Positions 9,181 through 19,500 of a stretch of DNA of 36,973 bases are shown here, piece after piece. Each line of letters opens with the position of its first letter. The stretch's first letter is position 1. This DNA comes from a virus (taxonomy: Duplodnaviria > Caudoviricetes): positions 1-36,973 of IMG/VR virus record IMGVR_UViG_3300037424_002137; one strand, written 5' to 3'. The notes under the pieces were generated by a model. It had not been told where the DNA came from and searched no databases. It was given only the letters and a program-made list of their open reading frames with translations. The position numbers and the translations under genes are program-made.

Positions 9181-9748
9181 CGGGCCTGTCGGTATCGAAA
9201 ATAGCTACAAAATGACCGATCTGGTATCGCTCGAATACCTGCCATTACTCGTGAAGTATAATCAGGCCGGGCATGGTAAAACCGGGAGTAGGTGGGTTAA
9301 AAAAGTGATGGAGCTGATGGCCTCCGATCAGAAAATAAAGAACGTGCTCGATTACGGGTGCGGGCAGGGGACTTTGATGGCGGGCATCGATAACAAAATG
9401 GCTGGCTACGAATTGTGTGAGTATGATCCGGCAGTGCCTGGGAAATCCTCAGTCCCGGTCGGCACTTATGATCTGGTAGTGTGCACTGACGTGTTGGAGC
9501 ATGTAGAGCCGTTACTGTTTGAAAATGTGCTTACTCATATCGCCAGTATAACCGGCAAGACAGCATTTTTTGTGATCGCCACCCAGCCAGCCGTGATACT
9601 CCTGGCTAATGGCAAAAATGCGCACTTGATCGTCAAATCAGCGGGATGGTGGCTGGCGCAGATTGAGATGGCGTTTCCTGATAAGCCGATCACGGTTGGC
9701 GATAATTGCCGTGGGCAGGTGACCTTTTTGGTCGGGGGCGCGAAATGA
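9170..9748 (+). CDS. Class I SAM-dependent methyltransferase
   Basis: VLDYGCGQG (motif I), EYDPAV and YDLVVCTDVLEHV. Start is 9170 or 9212. Confidence 0.85.
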   Translation: MCYNGPVGIENSYKMTDLVSLEYLPLLVKYNQAGHGKTGSRWVKKVMELMASDQKIKNVLDYGCGQGTLMAGIDNKMAGYELCEYDPAVPGKSSVPVGTYDLVVCTDVLEHVEPLLFENVLTHIASITGKTAFFVIATQPAVILLANGKNAHLIVKSAGWWLAQIEMAFPDKPITVGDNCRGQVTFLVGGAK

Positions 9749-10185
9749 AAGAGCTTGTACTTGCCGTGAAATCCAGGCTGCAGACCGACTCGAATTTGAG
9801 CTATGTGCGGGACACCGATATCTGGATAACCGAGGACGAGTCTATTTTGCCCGTGCATACGAAATTCCCGGCTATCGCCATCAAGGATGGGGCGGTTAGA
9901 AACGAACAAATGCTGACCGGAAACTATCTACAACACGCCCAGGTGAGGATAACCGTCTACCAGCAGGTTTTAAAGTCTGAAGAGTCGATTGTCGGCACTC
10001 ACGGAGTGCTGGATATGGCCGCGGACGTGATAACAAGCCTGATCGACAATTCGCTCAGCTTGACCGGCATTCAAAATGTCTTTCCTGTCGCCGAAGATGC
10101 CAGCCAGTTGTTCGGTGACGAGGAAGAAATGATCCAAAGAAAAACCATAATCATGGACTACAAACGGCACAAAACATGGGGTTAA
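9745..10185 (+). CDS. Probable tail terminator/completion protein (Mu gp37-like)
   Basis: ATGA overlap at 9745; FPAIAIKDG motif; size and position ahead of the tail tube. Confidence 0.6.
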   Translation: MKELVLAVKSRLQTDSNLSYVRDTDIWITEDESILPVHTKFPAIAIKDGAVRNEQMLTGNYLQHAQVRITVYQQVLKSEESIVGTHGVLDMAADVITSLIDNSLSLTGIQNVFPVAEDASQLFGDEEEMIQRKTIIMDYKRHKTWG

Positions 10186-10186
10186 C

Positions 10187-10843
10187 ATGATCATTAAAGA
10201 CGAAAAATTCAAAAATTTATGGCACGGTTCGCCATGCCTGATTATCGGCTCTGGCAGAACCGGAGACTACCTGCCGTTTTGCCCGGAATTGAATGATTTT
10301 CCAGGGAAAATAGTCGGCTGTAATACAGCGTTTGAGGTCGGCTATCGGACGGATATGATAATCTGGACCGATCAAAAACTGATCAAGCGTATCCGGGCGG
10401 CTGCCGATTGCCTGAAGGTTTCGATCACCGGTCATTTTAATGGCGTTGACTACAAAGATAATGGCATCCACTGGATCAAGGCCGATGGCTCAAATGGGCG
10501 CTTTTCCGATTCGTTTGATGCCGGGCTGTATCCTGCCGACCTGACCGGTTATACAGCGCTTAATACAGCCTATATAATGGGCTGCAACCCGATCTTTTTG
10601 TTCGGATTTTTTTCTGAACAGCATCAATATTTCGCAAAGCATAAGCGGTTCAAATTGGCGGCTGATCAGGCGGCGCAGGATGGCAGGGAGGTATACGTGT
10701 GTGATGCAGATTCCATCCTGTGCAGGGAGGGAATTTTTGAGTACAGATCATGTTTCGAAACGAAACCAGGGCCGGAACCAGTGTTAGCATCTGAGCAGCC
10801 TCCGGCATTAAAAAGCAAACTAAAAAAAGGAGGTAAAAAATAA
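10187..10843 (+). CDS. Maf/DUF115 (MptE-like) Rossmann-fold protein, putative glycosyltransferase
   Basis: FKNLWHGSPCLIIGSG, IVGCNTAF and TGYTALNTAYIMGCNPIFLFGF resemble the Maf_flag10/DUF115 pattern. Confidence 0.65.
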   Translation: MIIKDEKFKNLWHGSPCLIIGSGRTGDYLPFCPELNDFPGKIVGCNTAFEVGYRTDMIIWTDQKLIKRIRAAADCLKVSITGHFNGVDYKDNGIHWIKADGSNGRFSDSFDAGLYPADLTGYTALNTAYIMGCNPIFLFGFFSEQHQYFAKHKRFKLAADQAAQDGREVYVCDADSILCREGIFEYRSCFETKPGPEPVLASEQPPALKSKLKKGGKK

Positions 10844-11805
10844 TGTGCGCATGGGCAACTGGTGCAAGGTCGCAGGTTCTAATAGATTGGGAATCGGTCT
10901 ACGGCACGGCTCCGACAGGTTCGGCTATAGCGGCAATAAAGCTGCCGTTTGTTTCCTGCGACCTGAAAGATGATAGTAAACCGCAGCCGACGGTCATCCT
11001 CGGCGGGGGACGAAATGTTGCCCCGGCATTCTATCCGAATACCAGCTTCGCAGGCACGCTGACCGGCTACTGCGACTCGATCGCTATAGGGTACATTCTC
11101 AGGGCTATTTTTGGTGCCCCGACAACAACGGGGAGCGCCTCTGCATATACACACACATTCAAAATCGCCAGCACGACGCCGTCGTTTGTACTCGAAAAAG
11201 GGCATCCGGATATCCCATATTACTACCTGTACAAGGGGTGCAAGGCGACCGGGTTCAGCGTTACCCTGGCACAGAACGGGCAGTTTCAATACACGGTCCC
11301 ACTCATCGCCGCATCACAGACCGCAAGTTCATCGTCATACGACGCCACGCCGTCTATCGATGTGAGCAAGCCCACCGTGATTTTTGATGCGCAGGATTTG
11401 GCCGTGACGGAGGGCGGCGGGGCAATCACCACCGTCGATCAGCTCAGCTTCAATTTCATGAATAATTCTGTTGTGGGGTTTGGCTTAGGCGGAGGCGGGT
11501 CGGCTACGGTAGCGGGCGAAGGAAATCCGACGATAAATGGAACACTGAGAGGCATGTTCGACGGTAATACCATCATCGCTAAGGGCACGGCCAAAACCGA
11601 AAGCTCTCTTGTCGCCACGATGACAAGGAGCACAGTGTCTCTATCACTGGCGGTTGATGAGCTTTTTTACAGCCGTGAGACTCCGGCCATCAGTGGGCCG
11701 GGCGGGGTGATGATTGATCTGACTTTTGAGGGATTCTATTCCAATGATGCTGACGCGAGTGCCTTTCGTGCGGTATTGGTGAACGCGACGGCTTCGTACG
11801 CGTGA
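10843..11805 (+). CDS. Major tail tube protein
   Basis: 320 aa, Thr/Ser/Gly-rich; ESVYGTAP, YTHTF, PSFVLEKG, YKGCK; directly upstream of the chaperone and tape measure genes. Confidence 0.8.
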   Translation: MCAWATGARSQVLIDWESVYGTAPTGSAIAAIKLPFVSCDLKDDSKPQPTVILGGGRNVAPAFYPNTSFAGTLTGYCDSIAIGYILRAIFGAPTTTGSASAYTHTFKIASTTPSFVLEKGHPDIPYYYLYKGCKATGFSVTLAQNGQFQYTVPLIAASQTASSSSYDATPSIDVSKPTVIFDAQDLAVTEGGGAITTVDQLSFNFMNNSVVGFGLGGGGSATVAGEGNPTINGTLRGMFDGNTIIAKGTAKTESSLVATMTRSTVSLSLAVDELFYSRETPAISGPGGVMIDLTFEGFYSNDADASAFRAVLVNATASYA

Positions 11806-11834
11806 TATTGAGTAGTTGCAAATTTTGCAATAAC

Positions 11835-11906
11835 AGAGGGGAGGCGCTGTATACAGCGAGAGGGGTAGGCATCCCCCCGCCCTTCCTCCCCTCTTATATT
11901 TTTTTT
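11835..11906 (+). terminator. Branched stem-loop followed by a T-tract after the tail tube gene
   Basis: AGAGGGGAGG (11835-11844) pairs with CCTCCCCTCT (11885-11894); an internal palindrome CGCTGTATACAGCG; then TATATTTTTTTT. Confidence 0.55.
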
Positions 11907-11926
11907 GGGGGGCTTTGGGGGTTAAA

Positions 11927-12307
11927 ATGGACTTATTGCTTGATTTGAGTGCCAACGATGGTATCTGGATTGATGGGACACATAGGATTTTTGAAAAATC
12001 TGAATTCGAAGGGCTTAACTTTCGCGTCAAGATTAAGCCGTTGACCAGAACGACGCTTCGCAAGCTGCAAAAAACAGCATTGACCAAGACCGGGGTTGAT
12101 CAGAATATTTATTTGCCGCGTGTCTTTATGGACCAAGTCGTCGATTGGGAGCTTAAGGATGGAAACGGCAAACCCATCCCTTTTACCGAGGATAATAAAA
12201 AGGTTCTGGCCGAGCAGTTTCCAGGCTTAACCAATCTGATCGCTGTAGCCTGTATCGATGCTCAGGCCAGAGCTGCGGAGGCAGTCGAGGAAGAAACAAA
12301 AAACTAA
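11927..12307 (+). CDS. Tail assembly chaperone (lambda gpG-like)
   Basis: VVDWELKDGNGKPIPFTEDN motif; ends EETKN on a slippery sequence. Confidence 0.8.
   Translation: MDLLLDLSANDGIWIDGTHRIFEKSEFEGLNFRVKIKPLTRTTLRKLQKTALTKTGVDQNIYLPRVFMDQVVDWELKDGNGKPIPFTEDNKKVLAEQFPGLTNLIAVACIDAQARAAEAVEEETKN
12298..12304 (+). other. -1 programmed ribosomal frameshift site A AAA AAC
   Basis: In-frame X XXY YYZ heptamer immediately before TAA; the -1 frame continues CTA ATG into ORF 12307-12651. Confidence 0.8.
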
Positions 12308-12651
12308 TGGACTTCTGGCGCTGGCGCATGGCCGGAAATGGAGAAAATCCAAAATATTGCGCCGAGTGCCGGAAGAAATTTGAGCTGGAGGATAAATATC
12401 CTCCCTGTGATGAGTGTGAATTCACCTGGCCGGGCAGGAGGGCACCTGAACTGATGGTGGAAAATATTACCTGTCTGGAGGTCCACGATCTATGCTTTGA
12501 TGCCAGAGATGGCATGAGCGGTGGGCTTGACTATGGGGTACTTCTTAACGTAATGGCGCTTATGAAAATTGATCACGATGAGCAGCTTGAAATATTCGGG
12601 AAAAGCCGGCGTGTTGAGGCGATGTTAAAGGGGCTTGCGAAAAATGCCTAA
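12307..12651 (+). CDS. Tail assembly chaperone extension (gpT-like, made as a G-T fusion)
   Basis: Lies in the -1 frame of the upstream chaperone; has two CxxC pairs and GGLDYG; sits before the tape measure gene. Confidence 0.72.
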   Translation: MDFWRWRMAGNGENPKYCAECRKKFELEDKYPPCDECEFTWPGRRAPELMVENITCLEVHDLCFDARDGMSGGLDYGVLLNVMALMKIDHDEQLEIFGKSRRVEAMLKGLAKNA

Positions 12652-15600
12652 TGATCTAAGGCTTGCGATTGAGGTCGATGATAACGGCTCTCTGAAAATC
12701 AAAGGCTTTGCGCAAGCGCTTGAACGAGCCGGGGGGCATAGCGATGCAGCCAGGGGCAAGTTGCATGGGTTTGGGAATGCCGCCGATACGGTAGGGAATA
12801 AGCTAAAAAGCATCCTGGGGATACTGTCCGGCCTGGGCATATCTTTTGGCCTGCTGAAAATTGGACGAGCCGTTGCCGACTGGATGAAGTTATCGGCGGC
12901 TCAGGACCAGGCCGAACGATCCCTCAAGGCCGCCATGGTATCCAATGACAGGTATTCTACCGCCCTTTACCGCGCAACGCTCCGTCAGGCGGATGCTGTA
13001 CAGCGATTGACTGGTCTTGATGACCAAGAGATTTTGCGCGGCCAAAAAATGCTATTGCTATATAAAGCAATTTCTGACGATATCATGCCACGCGCAACGA
13101 TGGCGATGGCCGATATGGCCGCATTGATGGGCGGCGATATGAAAAGCGCGGCTACCCAGCTTGGCCGAGCCATGGGGGGATCTACTGAGAGCCTGCGACG
13201 CGTTGGGATCATTATCGATGAAAATGTATATAAGCAGCGCGGCGCCATCGGGGTGCTGGAGGAGATTGAGAAAAAGGTTTCCGGGCAGGCGGAAGCGCTG
13301 GCGCAGGGATCAGGGAAATGGCGGTTGTTGGGAGCTGCAATAGGGGAGGCGAAGGAAGCGGCGGGGGGACTGTTTAATTTGTTTGCCGAAAATACCGGGG
13401 CCATCGGTGGCATGACAAAATTTTTTAACGCTCTTGCCGATGCCGTTAAAAACTATAGCAGTGAGATAGCCAGTGCCTTATCTATCAGCGCCAAAATAGG
13501 CGCGAGCCTGATTAGCCCTGTGTACGGCGCAGGGATTGTGTATAGCTCAGCCGTTGGATACGTAAACCAGAAAATCGCCGAGCGATCGGCACGGGTAGCG
13601 AGCTACGGTGGTAGCTGGGAAGAGGATGAAGAGAAAAAATATACCCCCTGGCCGCGGCCACTGACGCACGATCAGATGCAGGCGATGGACGAGACCAAAA
13701 AATGGCTATCAGACCTGACTACTTCCGACTATGAAAAAGGGTTGGAGATAATCAATGCCAAATACGAGCGGCTCGGAGAGCTTCTTGGAGATAATGCCGA
13801 TCTGACCAGAGCATACCGGCTGGAGGTAGACCGGCTTAAGACCACCGAGAGCCAAAAAATGGAGGGGCTGAATGACATTATTGCCAAGAATACCCTCGAT
13901 TCGTATCAGTTAAAAGTTTATGACCTGGACAAACGTTTCGCCAGCCTCGATGTCACCCTAAGGAATTCAACCGCAGGGGCAAGAGCCTATGCCCTGGCGC
14001 TAGGTAGCATCAAAACCGAGGAATACCGCGAAAACATGGAGGCAGTCGAAAAAATAAGCGCCAAATTGGTCGCTACAAATAACAGGCTTGTTGCCGCCGA
14101 AAAAGCCAAGGAGAATGCGGCGGTAAAAGTAGAAGTAAAGCGGATCTCGGAGCTGATTATCGCTGCCGATGAAGCCGAGAAGGAAGTACTGAAAAAGTGG
14201 AAGAAAATGAGCACAGACATCGGCAAATCATTCACCGATGCGATGCTTGATTCCATTAACGGTGTTGAAAATGCCTTTGAAAATTTCGGTAAAAACATAA
14301 AAAATATGTTTCTGAAAATCTGGCTGGATAAAGCCATTACCCAGCCAATTATCATGCCGATTATTAACGATGCGGCTGGGATGTTCGGCTTTTCCGGTAC
14401 AGGGATTAACGGGACCACTTCCGGGTTTTCTTCCTTCATGGGGTCATCGGCCTTCGGCATGACTGGCGGAGCCACATATGGACAGCTCCTGGGAGCCGGG
14501 GCGGTCGGGTATGGCATGGGTGGCGGCGGTACCAGCGGGTTGATTACCGGGCTGGGGGCCGCTGCGGGCATGGCACTCGGCGGGCCTCTGGGGTCTATGG
14601 TCGGGGGCTTTGCCGGAAACTATCTAGCGAAGATGTTTGAAGATGAGCCAAATCCGCCAAAGATTGACTTGCTCTACGACATAATCGACGGAAAAGTTGA
14701 GCTGATCGGGGAGGCGTGGAAAAACTCTCCCAGGTCACAGGAGCTTATAGATCAAATTCAAGCTACTATCCAGGGTCAAATTGACTTGTTTAAATCGATT
14801 GGGCTTATAACCGGTCAAGTTTTTCAGTCAGGGCAAATTGCGCTATCTGGTCGTGGTGCTGGGGGTATTTTGCAGGGGGTGGCAGCGTACACCTCTGCTG
14901 ATCTAGCGCAATTATACGCATCATCTTTTGATGGTTCTGGTCAGGCGCTTGGGGAGGCGGTCTTTGCAGAGTTTAATGAACAATTTGAAAAGGCTTGGTC
15001 CGTTAGCGGGGGGTTTTCCAGCCTGACATGGGAGAATCTTGGTAAAAAAGTCCCGTCTCTAGTTAGCAGGTTTGGCGGGACTTCCGGGCCGGAGATGCTG
15101 GCGCAGCTACAGGCCGGAAATTCGGAGAATTTCGAAACATGGCTACAGACTGGCATGGGATTTATGCGCGGCACAGAGTACGGCAAATTTTGGACTCCAA
15201 GCGGGAATGCCGCGACGATGGCACAGTTTGATAAATTACTGGCCCAGCTACAGGATAAAATTACGGCCATTTCGGACACGATGGCGGGCGGTATCGGAAA
15301 TGCGTTTCTTTCAGCGCTCGATTCCGGCGCGTTTGAAACATTTGGTACTTCGCTGAGACAAAGCACATACGAATCGATACGGCAGGGAATAATGCAGGGG
15401 CTTGTTGCGCAGATAATGACCGGGGAGGGCAGCCCTCTTGCGACCGGGCTTACCAATATCCTGGGGGCTACGAATCAATATGCCGCCGGGGACATAACAT
15501 TTCAGCAGGCGCAGGGGATGATCGATCAATCTATAGGTGGGATGAGCGATGCTATCGCCAAAATGGAGCCTATCATGCAACCGGTCTACGAATGGCTGCA

Positions 15601-16108
15601 AAATTTAAGCGGCGCGTTAGGTGTTAATACCGACGCCATTACCGGCAATACCGATGCCATCCTTGGTCCAGTGCAGGCATTTCTAAGTCAAATGGACACC
15701 TCCCTTGCCCCCTCGCAGAGCCTGGCCGGGATACAGCGCATTTATGATCAAAAATTGGCAGCGGCGATAGCCAATCCGATGTCATTTTCCGACTTCGCCG
15801 GGTACGCGAGCCAGTATCTCGAAACACAAAAAGGGATCGGCGATTATCAATCCGCCTGGTCGGGCGTACGCGGGCAGGTAGAAAATATCCCCTGGTATTT
15901 GTCGGGCGCTTCGGCCACCTCTTCCGCTGCCGAGGTTGGGGCATCCGTAGGGCAGAATCTGGCTCCAGCCCTGCTCGACCTTAAGGAGACGCTGGAAAAG
16001 CCGAAGGAAATCAAAATCACGATGACTACATTGGGATCGATGATAACGATGATTGGGCAGGAGCTTTTAGCCGACAAAGACTTTGTGGCTGGGGTCAAGG
16101 AGGTCTGA
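12644..16108 (+). CDS. Tape measure protein
   Basis: About 1150 aa, helical Ala/Gly/Leu-rich, with a Gly-rich hydrophobic central segment; canonical position. Confidence 0.9.
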   Translation: MPNDLRLAIEVDDNGSLKIKGFAQALERAGGHSDAARGKLHGFGNAADTVGNKLKSILGILSGLGISFGLLKIGRAVADWMKLSAAQDQAERSLKAAMVSNDRYSTALYRATLRQADAVQRLTGLDDQEILRGQKMLLLYKAISDDIMPRATMAMADMAALMGGDMKSAATQLGRAMGGSTESLRRVGIIIDENVYKQRGAIGVLEEIEKKVSGQAEALAQGSGKWRLLGAAIGEAKEAAGGLFNLFAENTGAIGGMTKFFNALADAVKNYSSEIASALSISAKIGASLISPVYGAGIVYSSAVGYVNQKIAERSARVASYGGSWEEDEEKKYTPWPRPLTHDQMQAMDETKKWLSDLTTSDYEKGLEIINAKYERLGELLGDNADLTRAYRLEVDRLKTTESQKMEGLNDIIAKNTLDSYQLKVYDLDKRFASLDVTLRNSTAGARAYALALGSIKTEEYRENMEAVEKISAKLVATNNRLVAAEKAKENAAVKVEVKRISELIIAADEAEKEVLKKWKKMSTDIGKSFTDAMLDSINGVENAFENFGKNIKNMFLKIWLDKAITQPIIMPIINDAAGMFGFSGTGINGTTSGFSSFMGSSAFGMTGGATYGQLLGAGAVGYGMGGGGTSGLITGLGAAAGMALGGPLGSMVGGFAGNYLAKMFEDEPNPPKIDLLYDIIDGKVELIGEAWKNSPRSQELIDQIQATIQGQIDLFKSIGLITGQVFQSGQIALSGRGAGGILQGVAAYTSADLAQLYASSFDGSGQALGEAVFAEFNEQFEKAWSVSGGFSSLTWENLGKKVPSLVSRFGGTSGPEMLAQLQAGNSENFETWLQTGMGFMRGTEYGKFWTPSGNAATMAQFDKLLAQLQDKITAISDTMAGGIGNAFLSALDSGAFETFGTSLRQSTYESIRQGIMQGLVAQIMTGEGSPLATGLTNILGATNQYAAGDITFQQAQGMIDQSIGGMSDAIAKMEPIMQPVYEWLQNLSGALGVNTDAITGNTDAILGPVQAFLSQMDTSLAPSQSLAGIQRIYDQKLAAAIANPMSFSDFAGYASQYLETQKGIGDYQSAWSGVRGQVENIPWYLSGASATSSAAEVGASVGQNLAPALLDLKETLEKPKEIKITMTTLGSMITMIGQELLADKDFVAGVKEV

Positions 16109-16110
16109 CG

Positions 16111-16527
16111 ATGGCAAATACTATGTACAACTATCTTGCAAATCTGGTTGCAGACTATACCGCTACCACGCTGTCAGTAGACCCGCAAGATGTTATGGTT
16201 ATATCGGGAGAGAAGGACATTGAAATTCACCAGGGACGCGGCAGGGCTGAGGAGCGAATAGCCCTTTCCGATCAGTCGAAGTTCTGGGCTAAACTGCAAT
16301 GGCGTTATTTGAGTGAGACCGATCACAGCACGCTCTTTGACTTCTACCACGATCCGGCAAAGGGGTGCGGCCTGGCGCGGACATTTAAATGGGATCCACC
16401 GGGGCAGTATGACGCTCACGTGTATGTAGTCCGTTTCGACATGCGCTGGGAGTCCTTTATACAAAACTACCAGAACTATGGCATAGCCAGCCTGATGCTC
16501 TACGTGCTGGGGAGGGTCGCAGAATGA
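16111..16527 (+). CDS. Distal tail protein-like
   Basis: LQWRYLS...LFDFY...G..RTFKW...YVVRF pattern; immediately after the tape measure gene. Confidence 0.6.
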   Translation: MANTMYNYLANLVADYTATTLSVDPQDVMVISGEKDIEIHQGRGRAEERIALSDQSKFWAKLQWRYLSETDHSTLFDFYHDPAKGCGLARTFKWDPPGQYDAHVYVVRFDMRWESFIQNYQNYGIASLMLYVLGRVAE

Positions 16528-19500
16528 GTCTGGCGACGATACTGGCCACAATATCAAAAAAAGTCTACTGGCTGTTTGAGGTTGACCTGAATAACGACGG
16601 CACGGTTGATTACTACTGGTCTACGGGCGCGAAAACCTACGGCGGGCACGATTACACATATAGAATCATTTCATTTTCGCCGATATCACTTCAGATGGCC
16701 ACCCCGGAAGTCGGGATGCTGCCAGAGGTCAAAACGACTATCCTCGCGAGCATGAAAGATGCGTCCATCGACGGCTATTACGCCTCGGATTTTGAGGGGG
16801 CAAAGGTAACCGTACGGCTGGTCGTGTCCGATGGCTCCGAGGAGGCCGAGGCTGGGGCATGGTCTTTCCGATGCTCTGTAGCGACGTCGGTTGATCAAAA
16901 ATTGATGCTGCAGTGTCATGACTGGCTTTCGTACTACCTGGAGGGGGACTACCCAAATACCGCCCTGGTGAGCAGCCTTTTTCCTGCGACAGTAATGAAA
17001 AACGATAATATATGTGTACCAGTGGTGTATGGAGTGGCCTATTTCCCTCTCCGCTGGATATATCCGTACTGGACGGCTACATTTGTAGATGTCGATACAT
17101 TCACGGTCACTGGCGATCAGACGGCCACATTTTCCGCGGGGCAGTACGTGATCTGTGAGTGCGGGGTTGACGGGAATATAACCGGGAAAGTGCTGAGCAG
17201 CTCATACAGCTCGGTCACAACGATTAACATGACCGGTGCCAGCGGGAACCTGACGGCCAATCTGACTAAGGTCAGGATTGACCACTATCTGCTAGGGCCA
17301 ACAGGCGTAACGTATACGATCAGTTCGTCCAGGTCACCTGTTGAAGCAGGGTTCCTCTCTGAATATTCTTCCGCCAACTACACGTTCAAACAGGCCACGG
17401 TGACTGGCAGCGATGGCACTTCATACCGGGCCGTACAACTCCTTTGCAACGACGCCGATGTTGATGGAACCAACGATGCAAACGGGTTTTGGGGCATTCC
17501 GGGGAAAGAAATATACGATGTACCCTTTTATTTTTCGAGATCCGATACTGCCAGCATTACAAACCCCGCCGACGTATACAGCGCTATCTTGCAGGATATG
17601 GGTGTGCCTGCCGGAATGATTAATACCACCGAGATTACAGCAGCGGCAGCCATCTATCTTGCGCGGGGCACCTTCCTGAACCTGGGAATATGGTATCAGA
17701 TGTCGAGAAAAAAGCTGGTCTGCAAATTACTGGCCATGATCGGAGCTGTTCCGACGATCGGAGAAACCATCGGATTGAAAGTGCTCACGCCGGTGAGCCA
17801 GGCGACGGTTAACGAAGATGAAGTCGCTCCAGGCTCCTTTCAAATACAAAAAATATACACAAAATTGCTCAAAGATTCTGGTTACGTGACCTGGCAGAAT
17901 CAGGGTGAACCACTTGATCAGCCGAATAAGGGCATCGTGCCGGTAAAAAGTAGCACAAATAACAAATCTGATACCGTGATCGAGGCTGAGTGGATCGATG
18001 ATGCCTGGATAAACGCCAGCCAGGCTGCACAAAAATATGCAAAGCTGGCTCTACAGCGGAGCTTGTTGCGCGATAAAACGATATCGTTCAAATCGTTTGC
18101 GATCCTGGTTACGCTCGAACCTGGCGATATAATATCGATCGAGGCTGCGAATGAAGGCGCTGAGGGCAACTATGATTTGCTGACGGATGGAAACCTTGAT
18201 ATTTGGACATCCGCTACAAATCTCACGCATTGGGCGGAAACAATAGGCGGGACATCAACAGTTAACCGCGACACGGACAAATATATTGGCACTTATGCCG
18301 CCAGGCTCTATGTAGACCCATCCAGCACGCTCGTTGCCATCCAGCAATCATACGCATTTGAGGCCGATCAGGAGTACGAGGTTATTGTAGTTGCGAAAGT
18401 GGATGTTGCTGCTGCCGGGAGAGGCTTTACTGTGCTCACCGATGCCGTCACAATCCAAAATCAATTGTGTACGGCATCGTACACGGTCTACGCGTACACA
18501 TTTACCGCCACAACAGATACATTCATACAGATCAAACGGTCTGTTTCGGGAGGCAATACCTACAGTCTTTATTTGGGCCAGGTCATCGTTCGCAAAACCG
18601 GCACCAACGCGTATGATGCTCTGATTACTAAGATGACCATTCATGAGGGCCTGTGGGTTGATGTGGAATGCGACGGATTTTCCGATATACTGGATGCCTA
18701 CGACGATCTCTCTGCCAGCGCCATTGTTCCAGCCGATCCGGACACGAGTAGGGCGTATTCACCGGTCAACCAGGGGCCGAGTGACGCCGTTGATCAGGCC
18801 GGGACCAGAGCCAATGAGATAACGCAGACCGTACTCATCACCGATGGGCAGCTTCAGACTAATGACGATCCGGCCACCAATGGCGGGTTCGTAGCCACGA
18901 ATCAATATCTACGCTGCTACAACGATGAGGGCGGCCTGAGGTTTGAGGTGATCTACGACGGCACGACGGCGGATGGTGATGTGACGATAGGGAACTATGC
19001 CGGGGGGCAGGGGGCCAAATGGGATCAATCTAGCGGGATCTTTGAGGTGCAAGGGCAGATACAGGCCACAAGCGGCGCTGTTGCTGGATGGACTATCGAC
19101 GCCGATGAAATCAAAAAAATAGCCAGCAACGCGGGGATATCGCTTAATTCAGCCACGCCAGGAATATCAATAACAGACGCGAATGGGTATATACGGGTAT
19201 TCATGGGCAAAAACGGCAGCGATTACGGTATCTATATAAAAAATGAGCTGAATCAGACGATTGTGCAATTAGACGATAATGTAAAAACCATATCTGGCTG
19301 GACGGCAGGAATGACGGCTTTGGCTGTGAGTACGAACATTATTCTTGATGCCAGCAACAAAAAGATATCGATCAATAGTGCGACGTTTGGCACTGCCGGG
19401 ATTCAGCTCGAATACAACGCCGGATCACCTCAAATTTATGCTGGAAATGGTTCTTCCGACTATATGAAGTACACGACGGCAGGGGGTATCGAGGTCTCCA

